DNA from: an uncultured Clostridia bacterium
GTDB taxonomy: Bacteria > Bacillota > Clostridia > Christensenellales > UBA1242
Assembly: GCA_905235485.1 (NCBI GenBank)
Contig: CAJOLY010000011.1
Coordinates: 1-44,436, forward strand
DNA: 44,436 bases
Direction: 5' to 3'
Under the pieces are notes generated by a model. The model did not search any database. It was not told the DNA's origin and worked only from the letters and a program-made list of their open reading frames with translations. The translations under genes and the position numbers were made by a program. Below, piece after piece: positions 11,621 to 18,866 of the stretch. Within the stretch, counting starts at the first letter, position 1, and each line of letters starts with the position of its first letter.

Positions 11621-12559
11621 ATGGAATTAAAGAATGGAAATTATGTTTTGTCTAAGGCAAAAGAAAACAAATATGCTGTTGGAGCTTTCAATTTTTCAAA
11701 TTTTGAACAACTTAAAGCAATACTCGAAGCGTCAAACGAAATGGGTGCTGATGTTATTGTTCAAACAAGTCAAAGTGCAATAAAATATATGGGACTCGAT
11801 GTCATATATCCAATGGTTTATGCCCTTGCAAAAGATTTGGATATTGCAGTGTGTCTTAATTTGGACCACGGCAAAAGTTTTGAAATTGTAAAATCTTGCG
11901 TTGATGCTGGATACACAAATGTTATGATTGACGCCAGTGATTTGAATTTTGATGAAAATGTTGCCTTGACAAAAAAATGTGTAGAATATGCTCACTCTCA
12001 CAATGTCACAGTTGAAGCAGAACTTGGAAGTTTGAAAGGTATTGAAGATGAAATTTGTGCAAAGGAAAGCCTATTCACAAAGCCAGAAGATGCTAAAAGA
12101 TTTGTGGAACTCACAGGAGTTGACAGCCTGGCAATAAGCATTGGCACCAGTCATGGGGCATATAAATTTGAAGGTGAAAGCCATCTTGATATTGAAAGGC
12201 TAAAACAAATTCAAAAACTTGTTAACATTCAACTAGTACTCCACGGAGCTAGTGCTGTGAGCAATGAATTAAAACAAGCTTTCAAACAAAGTGGTGGTGA
12301 AATTGGCAATGCAAACGGAGTAAGCAGTCAAAATATCACACAAAGCATTGAAAATGGAATTTGCAAAGTTAATGTAGACACTGACCTTAGAATTGCATTC
12401 ACAACAGGTATACGCAACGCTCTTAAAGATGCAACTGTGTTTGACCCAAGAAAATATTTAACTTCTGGGATGGAAGAAATTAAAAATGAGATAAAAAGAA
12501 GAATTAAAATTTTGAATTGCAATAAAAACAAAGAAAATCAAAAAACAGGCCTTGTTTAG
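11621..12559 (+). CDS. fba: class II fructose-1,6-bisphosphate aldolase
   Basis: 'LNLDHGKSF', 'VEAELG', 'GTSHGAYKF', 'LVLHGASAV'. From recalled Bacillus FbaA, the N-terminus appears to align residue for residue ('KYAVGAFN'). Confidence 0.95.
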   Translation: MELKNGNYVLSKAKENKYAVGAFNFSNFEQLKAILEASNEMGADVIVQTSQSAIKYMGLDVIYPMVYALAKDLDIAVCLNLDHGKSFEIVKSCVDAGYTNVMIDASDLNFDENVALTKKCVEYAHSHNVTVEAELGSLKGIEDEICAKESLFTKPEDAKRFVELTGVDSLAISIGTSHGAYKFEGESHLDIERLKQIQKLVNIQLVLHGASAVSNELKQAFKQSGGEIGNANGVSSQNITQSIENGICKVNVDTDLRIAFTTGIRNALKDATVFDPRKYLTSGMEEIKNEIKRRIKILNCNKNKENQKTGLV

Positions 12560-12570
12560 CCTGTTTTTTT
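12543..12570 (+). terminator. rho-independent terminator of fba
   Basis: Stem aaacaggc/gcctgttt overlapping the stop codon, followed by T7. Confidence 0.7.
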
Positions 12571-13007
12571 GAAATAATTTATAAATTCCATACTAAATAA
12601 AATCTTTTTGGATCATATTCTTTTCCTCTTAATTTTTAAAAGGAGAATTAAATAACCTTTGTGGCTTCTTTGGTGGCGCCCTTAAAAATAAAAAAATCTA
12701 AACCAAACCAAAGTTCAATTTAGATTTAAAGTGGTGGAGCCACTGTCCCACAATTTAAAATTTCATTCAAACATGGACTGATATATTTGTTCACAACAAT
12801 ATAAGTTTGCCTTTTAAGTTTTTGATATTAAGAACTAATTGCTAATGATGTGATATAATAATGGATATGAATTATAAAAAAGAAAATGAGTGATTAATTT
12901 TACAAAAGGTATATGATAAAAGCATAATCATTGAGAACAGTGAAAACCCAGATACAGTAAAAAATAATCACAAAAATGAACAATATTAACTAAACTTTTA
13001 TTTTACG

Positions 13008-13038
13008 AAATGAAGGCAAAGTGATGTCTTCATTTTTA
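13008..13038 (+). terminator. orphan terminator-like hairpin in a non-coding gap
   Basis: Stem aaatgaag/cttcattt with a 12-nt loop, then a T-run. No ORF longer than 10 aa lies upstream. Confidence 0.35.
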
Positions 13039-13355
13039 TTGATTATATATAAAATATCTCTTTGTTTTGCTTTTTAGCATGATAAAAATATTAAATTTTG
13101 TTAGTAAAATTAAAGCAACCAAGTAAATATTAAAACATTCATAAATTTAATACAAAAACACAAGAAGTATGATATAATAAAAACGTTAGTAAAATAGATA
13201 TCATAAAAAATGATTTGTTGTAAAGATTGGTATCAAAATAACAAATGAATAAGAAATAATTGTTTTTTCATTAAATCATATATTAGATTGCAACATTATG
13301 TTATGATGGAAAAATTATAGTAACTTTAGAGTTTTAATATATAGGTAGGTTAATT

Positions 13356-13931
13356 ATGAGTAGAATTAGCAATACAATAATGATGTTAAAGATATTATCA
13401 TCTGGGAAAAAAATTACTGTCAACGAATTGGCTTATATGATTGAAGTAACTCCACGTATGATAAGGAAGTATAAAGATGACTTAGAAAAAGCAGGCATAT
13501 ATATTGAATCTAGCGTGGGTGCCAATGGTGGATATATATATAAAAATGAAGAAAAAATTGATTTTAATTTTTCTATTGTTGATTTGAAAATTCTTGAAGA
13601 CTTAAAATATCAATTGGAACAATATCGTTATTTTTCAAAAAAAAGATTGCTTGATTTGGAATCAATTATCGAAAAAATGCGAAGTGTCGTTATTATGCAA
13701 AAATACACGACAAGAAATGAAAACGATAAACATAAAAGTAATATTGATTTATTTGAACATGCCATAAATCAATCAAAGAATTTAAAGGTTATGTTAAATA
13801 GAAAAAAGGTTGTAACCATTAAGCCCTTACAACTTAATTTCTATAATGATATGGTATTTGTAACAGGTTATGTCATTGAATATCAGTCAATCAGAACTTA
13901 TTCATTATACGAAATCAAAAAAATTTTATAA
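13356..13931 (+). CDS. HTH (DeoR/HTH_11-type) transcriptional regulator with short C-terminal WYL-like domain
   Basis: N-terminus 'ILSSGKKITVNELAYMIEVTPRMIRKYKDDLEKAGIYIESSVGANGGY' matches the HTH_11 pattern. C-terminus 'VVTIKPLQLNFYNDMVFVTGYVIEYQSIRTYSLYEI' is WYL-like. SD AGGTAGG. Confidence 0.6.
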   Translation: MSRISNTIMMLKILSSGKKITVNELAYMIEVTPRMIRKYKDDLEKAGIYIESSVGANGGYIYKNEEKIDFNFSIVDLKILEDLKYQLEQYRYFSKKRLLDLESIIEKMRSVVIMQKYTTRNENDKHKSNIDLFEHAINQSKNLKVMLNRKKVVTIKPLQLNFYNDMVFVTGYVIEYQSIRTYSLYEIKKIL

Positions 13932-13957
13932 TAAGACCATATAGTTCCTTATTGCTA

Positions 13958-13966
13958 TGATATAAT
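13958..13966 (+). promoter_or_regulatory. extended -10 promoter (TGaTATAAT) ahead of the yhhQ-like gene
   Basis: Exact TGnTATAAT at 13958-13966, 22 nt upstream of the ATG at 13988 (SD AAAGGAG). Confidence 0.4.
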
Positions 13967-13987
13967 CATCGTGAAAGGAGAAAAGCT

Positions 13988-14698
13988 ATGAACATACTCT
14001 TTGCCGTTTTATACTTGGTCGTAACGTTTACTATAACTTTGCTTGCATACAAATTTTTTGGAAAAATAGGTTTATATATTTGGATATGTATTTCAATAAT
14101 TATTTCAAATATTCAATCTGTCAAGTTGATTGATATTTTTGGATTGACAACAGTTCTTGGAAATGTTGCATATTCTAATATTTATTTGGCAACTGATATA
14201 TTAAATGAAAAATATGGTAGCAAAAGTGCAAATAAAAGTGTTTTGTTTGGATTTTGCTCTATGGTGCTTTTTTCAGCTTTGATGCTCTTGGCTTTGTTGT
14301 TTATTCCAAATGTATATGATACTTCGCAGGAAAGTTTGCATAACATATTTATGATTGTGCCAAGAATAACTGCTGCAAGTTTGGCAGCATATTTGGCAAG
14401 TCAATTTTTGGATGTTTATATATTTAGTAAACTAAAACAAAAATATAATAAATTGTGGCTCAGTAATAACATAGGCACAATTGTCAGTCAAATTGTCGAT
14501 ACAATAATTTTTGTTACAATCGCATATATAGGGACAATGCCAATCAAAGAACTATTTATAACAATGGGCACAATATATGCATTGAAAGTTATTATTGCTT
14601 TGGCAGATACGGGATTTATATACATTTCAAAAAAAATTACGCCAAAAGAAATTGAAAACATAGTCGAAACTAAAAAAGAAGAAATAGAGGATATATAA
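13988..14698 (+). CDS. yhhQ: queuosine-precursor (7-deazapurine base) transporter, YhhQ/VUT family
   Basis: 'ATDILNEKYGSKSANKSVLFGF' and 'ASLAAYLASQFLDVYIFSKLK...NIGTIVSQIVDTIIFVTIAYIG' match the YhhQ (DUF165) signatures. About 6 TM helices. Confidence 0.85.
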   Translation: MNILFAVLYLVVTFTITLLAYKFFGKIGLYIWICISIIISNIQSVKLIDIFGLTTVLGNVAYSNIYLATDILNEKYGSKSANKSVLFGFCSMVLFSALMLLALLFIPNVYDTSQESLHNIFMIVPRITAASLAAYLASQFLDVYIFSKLKQKYNKLWLSNNIGTIVSQIVDTIIFVTIAYIGTMPIKELFITMGTIYALKVIIALADTGFIYISKKITPKEIENIVETKKEEIEDI

Positions 14699-14700
14699 TT

Positions 14701-15609
14701 ATGGATATTATTTATGAAGGCAAAGAATCAGAAGTTGTTATTCCTTATTTTGGACAACAATCCAGATTTTTTAAATTTTTTTATGACGTTATTTCCAAAT
14801 ACATAAAAAAAGGCGATATCTATGCAGAAACTAATTCTGGTTCAAATGGAAATGCTTATATGTTTGCTAAAAATGGTTATCGAGTAATAATAAACGACAA
14901 AGGTGAATATAGCAACTGCATTGCCAATGCAATTTTGTCTGATGACGACAAAGTATTAAGCACCCGCGATGACATTGCGACATTTCTCAAAGAATACTCT
15001 CATTCATATTTGGACCGTGCAAGTGTATTTGCAGCACTAATGGATGAATTGGGTTATAACTACAATATACCACAAAAATTTGATGAAAAGACCTTGCAAA
15101 CTATAAAAAAATATAAATCACATCTTTCACAATTAAATAAAAAGAATATAAGAGCTTACAAAATTTTTAATGATGACTTGTTTGATTATTTAAAAAAACT
15201 AGAAGAAGAAAATATTGTTGTTGATGCAATGTTTATGGATTTTGCTTGGCCATGGCGAGATGGTAGCAAAACTGAGGAATATGAAACGTCAGCAAATATT
15301 TTAACAAATGTTTTTGCTGATGGATATAACAAAGTCGATATTTGGGACAAAACCAATGTGATTGAAAATGTTTTAAAAGCCGTAAGACAAGCACAAAAAG
15401 TATCAAAATATGTTTTTTTATCTAACCAAAGTTCTAATTTTCCAACACCAGAATTGCTTGAAGTCGCATTATTAAAAAATGGAATTCAATACATTGAAAG
15501 ACATACCATGCTAACTAATGCGACAAATGAAGATAATCTAAATAAATGTGATTTTTTTAGAGAATATCTTTATGTGATAGAAGGAGGTAATTTAAAAAAT
15601 GAATTATGA
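14701..15609 (+). CDS. D12-class (Dam-like) methyltransferase-fold protein with atypical catalytic motif
   Basis: Collinear with recalled E. coli Dam blocks. 'PYFGQQSR' matches KWAGGKYP. 'KKGDIYAETNSGSNG' matches PKGECLVEPFVGAGS. 'IINDKGEYSNCIANAI' matches ILADINSDLISLYNIV. 'LGYNYN' matches YGYNG. 'VDAMFMDFAWPW' matches VVYCDPPYAPL. 'VFLSNQSS' matches VLISNHDT. DPPY is replaced by DFAW. Confidence 0.5.
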   Translation: MDIIYEGKESEVVIPYFGQQSRFFKFFYDVISKYIKKGDIYAETNSGSNGNAYMFAKNGYRVIINDKGEYSNCIANAILSDDDKVLSTRDDIATFLKEYSHSYLDRASVFAALMDELGYNYNIPQKFDEKTLQTIKKYKSHLSQLNKKNIRAYKIFNDDLFDYLKKLEEENIVVDAMFMDFAWPWRDGSKTEEYETSANILTNVFADGYNKVDIWDKTNVIENVLKAVRQAQKVSKYVFLSNQSSNFPTPELLEVALLKNGIQYIERHTMLTNATNEDNLNKCDFFREYLYVIEGGNLKNEL

Positions 15610-16087
15610 CAAAAAAATATTGACGTGGGATGATGTCTATAAGAACATTCAAAATCTAGTCAATGAAATTAATAATGACAAAATTAAAATTGACCTATTA
15701 TTACCAGTAATCAAGGGTGGATTTATTCCAGCAATGTTTATTGCAAAACACATTGGAATTGACAAATTTTCATTCATTCAGGCCAGAAGGTCTAAATCAA
15801 ATTTGTCAAATTGTGATTTTGGTGATGCCAAATTTTTGGGATTGCTGAATAAGGATGCAATTAAAGGTGTAAATGTTTTGATTGTTGAAGATATTGTTTA
15901 TACAGGTGATACTTTAAAACTTGTATTAAATGAAATAAAAAAATATAGCCCAAAAAATATATATATTTGTTCAATGTATAGCTTTTATACTAGCAATGAC
16001 CTTGGTCATATATACAAAGGTAATTCTAATCCTAATGAAGTCAATTGGATTGTATTTCCATGGGATTATGAACATCCATATAAATAG
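15599..16087 (+). CDS. purine phosphoribosyltransferase, Gpt (xanthine-guanine PRT)-like
   Basis: 'ILTWDDV', 'VIKGGFIPAMFIAKHIGI', PRPP loop 'VLIVEDIVYTGDTL' and 'NWIVFPWD' parallel recalled E. coli Gpt blocks. SD GAAGGAGG. Overlaps the previous gene by 11 nt. Confidence 0.8.
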   Translation: MNYDKKILTWDDVYKNIQNLVNEINNDKIKIDLLLPVIKGGFIPAMFIAKHIGIDKFSFIQARRSKSNLSNCDFGDAKFLGLLNKDAIKGVNVLIVEDIVYTGDTLKLVLNEIKKYSPKNIYICSMYSFYTSNDLGHIYKGNSNPNEVNWIVFPWDYEHPYK

Positions 16088-16098
16088 GAGAAAAATGT

Positions 16099-16938
16099 AT
16101 GGTAAATGGTTTTAGATTTATTATTGGAAACGGATGCAATTATAATTGTTTTTATTGCCATCATGAAGGAGTATTTGAAACAAAACCTGATGAAAATTTT
16201 CAAAATAAGATCGATATTATTAAATCTTATTGTGACAAGCACAAAGTTTATTATCTATCAATAACTGGTGGTGAACCATTCTTATATTGGGAGAAAGTTA
16301 AATATATTCTTGATAGATTTAATTCAAAACAATTTTCATTTTCAATCAATACCAACGCAACACTTTTGAAAAACTATATTGATATTTTAGATACTTATAA
16401 ATGTAAAATTGAATTACATATAAATGTTTCTTCACTTAACGAAAATACGCATGCAAAAATTTCTGGTAGTAATAAATTTGAACAAATGATAAATACTTTA
16501 GAAAGTTTGAAAAAACATAATTTAAAAATTTGTCTCAATACTATTCTTTTGAAAGGAATAAATCAGAATGAGGTATTGCAATTTTTAGAGTATTGTGATA
16601 AACTTAATTATACATTGAGGTTATTGCAATTTTTGCCGAATAACATTTATCAAAAATCTTTGGTCATAAGTGAAAAAGATTTGCCACAGATTTTGCCAAA
16701 TGTTGAAGTAGGAGAAATAAGCTCATATGGAATTTTCAAGTGTAAATATCAAAATTATCACTTTGAGTTTGTGAAAAATTTATGTTGTGATAAATTGTGT
16801 GAACGTTGTAAAGAAAATACATATATTCATTTTACACCAGAGTTAAACATTAAAAATTGCATGTTAAGTTCAGAAATTATTTATCCAGATTATACAAATT
16901 TAATCTCATTTGAAAAAATAATTAGGGGGATATCGTGA
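16099..16938 (+). CDS. radical SAM enzyme, MoaA-like (N-terminal CX3CX2C plus C-terminal Cys-rich auxiliary-cluster motif)
   Basis: 'GNGCNYNCFYCHHEG', 'SITGGEPFL' and C-terminal 'CCDKLCERCKENTYIHFTPELNIKNCML'. The C-terminal block parallels the MoaA 'CxxCnRlRLTadGkLkxCL' motif. Confidence 0.7.
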   Translation: MVNGFRFIIGNGCNYNCFYCHHEGVFETKPDENFQNKIDIIKSYCDKHKVYYLSITGGEPFLYWEKVKYILDRFNSKQFSFSINTNATLLKNYIDILDTYKCKIELHINVSSLNENTHAKISGSNKFEQMINTLESLKKHNLKICLNTILLKGINQNEVLQFLEYCDKLNYTLRLLQFLPNNIYQKSLVISEKDLPQILPNVEVGEISSYGIFKCKYQNYHFEFVKNLCCDKLCERCKENTYIHFTPELNIKNCMLSSEIIYPDYTNLISFEKIIRGIS

Positions 16939-17612
16939 ATATCGTTTTTGAAGGAATTGATGCTTCTGGGAAGACAACTATAATAAATAAATTGAAGGAA
17001 ATTTTTGACGCCAATAATGATAATAGTCAAATTATTGCGGATATTAAAGAACCAACACCACTTTTGCCAGTTTTTGAAAGTATGTTTAGCAGCAATTTTT
17101 TGGAATTAAATGAGAATTTTAAAACATCAATATATCAAACATTATTGTTTGCTTGTAGTCATTTTTATGTCCAAGAGAAAAATAAAAACAACAAACATAT
17201 AACAATTTATGATAGAGATATTTTTACTCTTTTGTCATATCAAAAAGAATTGTTAAGACAAGAATATCCAAACAACTATAATGATTTCTATAAGCCATTC
17301 AAAGAAATGTTAATGTTTGAAAATAAACAGATTGATATGTTAGTCTATGTGAGTATTCCGCTTGAAGAAAATATCCAAAGAAAAATAAATCGCGATGGAT
17401 TATTATTTTCTGAAGAAGAAAAAGAAAAACTGGCTATATTTAAAAAAAATATGGAAGCTGAAATTAAGTGTTATACCGAACAACACCCAAATACCATTGT
17501 TTTGAATTTGGATGGACGAGAAAATCCTTTAACAAATTGTAAAAAAATTATAGAATGCCTACAAGAAAACAAAATAAAAAAATCAGGAAATGATAATGAA
17601 GAAGTACTTTAA
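16935..17612 (+). CDS. thymidylate-kinase-family nucleoside monophosphate kinase
   Basis: P-loop 'FEGIDASGKTT', 'IYDRDIFTLLSYQ' (Tmk DR..S..AYQ block), LID-like 'QRKINRDG'. GTG start after AGGGGGA, with a 4-nt overlap with the rSAM gene. Confidence 0.75.
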   Translation: MNIVFEGIDASGKTTIINKLKEIFDANNDNSQIIADIKEPTPLLPVFESMFSSNFLELNENFKTSIYQTLLFACSHFYVQEKNKNNKHITIYDRDIFTLLSYQKELLRQEYPNNYNDFYKPFKEMLMFENKQIDMLVYVSIPLEENIQRKINRDGLLFSEEEKEKLAIFKKNMEAEIKCYTEQHPNTIVLNLDGRENPLTNCKKIIECLQENKIKKSGNDNEEVL

Positions 17613-18813
17613 TAATTTTCATCTATCTTTAAAAGAAAAACATAACATCATTAAAACTTACAAAAATGGTGATGTTAGTTGTTTTTTTAGTCCAACAATA
17701 GCAAAAGTTGAAAAATTATTTGCGGATTATGTCGATATGCCGTATGTAATTGCAACAACAAATTGTACTTCTGCTTTATATTTAGCATATAAATCACTGC
17801 AAATTACTGATAAAAATTCAAACATAATCATTCCAAACTTTACACACCCCTCAACAGCATTTGCTTTAAAAATGGCAAATATCAAAATGAAGCTTTGCGA
17901 TTGTAAACAGAATAGCTATAATTTAAATACAAAAATGCTTGAACGCCTTATTGACCAAAACACCAAAGCGGTTGTTTTTGTTCATATGCGTGGCTACATT
18001 CAAAACATTTTAGACGTTCAAAAAATCTGCAAAAAACATAATATTGTTTTAATTGAAGATGTCGCACAAGGACTTGGTATTGAAATTAATGGGAAAAAAG
18101 CTGGAAGTTTTGGTGAAATATCTTGTTTTAGTTTCAACGATTCGAAAACAATTCAATTAGGCGAAGGTGGAATGTGTTGTTTTAGGAATAAATCACAAGA
18201 AGAATATGCTAGAAAAATTATACATGAAGGTGAATACTCAATAGATACACAAAAAAGCACTACTATTTGTAATGGAAGTGCTTACAGCGTAATTTTTAAT
18301 AAATTTGATTATATCCCAGATGGCTTCAATTTTAGGCCATTTCCACCAATCTTCTCAATATTGGAGAATAGATTGAAAAATATAAACAAATTGAGAATTA
18401 AGAAAAATAAAATTAGAGATATTTATAAAAATAATATAGATAAAAATTTATTCAAATCATTTGATACATGTGAAAATGATTTACCAATATGCTTTCCAAT
18501 GTTGACAGATAATGTTGATGTAGTTAAAAATGTTTTGCTTAACTTTTATCACTCTGGCTATCCAATAGGCAAAATGGCTTATCCAACATTAAATAAAATA
18601 AAATCATTTGAGAACTGCTGTTTAAATTTTGATGACAATTTTGAAAATAGTGAAAATCTTTATGACAGATTGCTATTTTTGCCTTTGTCACAAAACATAA
18701 CAAAAAAAATGGCAACCAAACTTACAAGGTTTTTGAATAACTCGATTAAAAAATCCACCAAGGTATTGCCTGATGGTGAAATTGATAATTTTGACGGATT
18801 TTATTTATGGTAA
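17596..18813 (+). CDS. DegT/DnrJ/EryC1/StrS-family PLP-dependent aminotransferase
   Basis: PLP-lysine block 'SFNDSKTIQLGEGG', 'LIEDVAQGLG', 'ATTNCTSALYLA'. ATG 17596 is preferred (AGGA 7 nt upstream) over the track start at 17590. Confidence 0.8.
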   Translation: MKKYFNNFHLSLKEKHNIIKTYKNGDVSCFFSPTIAKVEKLFADYVDMPYVIATTNCTSALYLAYKSLQITDKNSNIIIPNFTHPSTAFALKMANIKMKLCDCKQNSYNLNTKMLERLIDQNTKAVVFVHMRGYIQNILDVQKICKKHNIVLIEDVAQGLGIEINGKKAGSFGEISCFSFNDSKTIQLGEGGMCCFRNKSQEEYARKIIHEGEYSIDTQKSTTICNGSAYSVIFNKFDYIPDGFNFRPFPPIFSILENRLKNINKLRIKKNKIRDIYKNNIDKNLFKSFDTCENDLPICFPMLTDNVDVVKNVLLNFYHSGYPIGKMAYPTLNKIKSFENCCLNFDDNFENSENLYDRLLFLPLSQNITKKMATKLTRFLNNSIKKSTKVLPDGEIDNFDGFYLW

Positions 18814-18866
18814 TTAGTTGACATTATATAAAAAAATTATTAGTATGATTATAGGAGGAGATATTT

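Noticed and set aside
12661-12760. Strings 'tggtggcgccc' and 'tggtggagccactgtccc' resemble minus-strand tRNA 3' ends (…CCACCA) and could have been the far att site of the island.
   Set aside because: Beyond TGGTGG they do not match the tRNA-Leu 3' end at 21181. No T-arm can be folded, and the second string is simply a small hairpin.
13932-13987. A preQ1 riboswitch was expected upstream of the yhhQ-like gene.
   Set aside because: I could not find the P1 stem plus A-rich tail/ACUA pseudoknot elements by eye. Only a promoter-like TGaTATAAT and the SD are apparent. A covariance-model scan is needed to be sure.
16099-16938. Calling the radical SAM protein a prokaryotic viperin (pVip), because of 'CNYNCFYCHH' and the adjacent nucleotide kinase.
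   Set aside because: The C-terminal CxxC...C block is collinear with the MoaA auxiliary-cluster motif, which viperins lack. The viperin idea is kept only as an alternative hypothesis.
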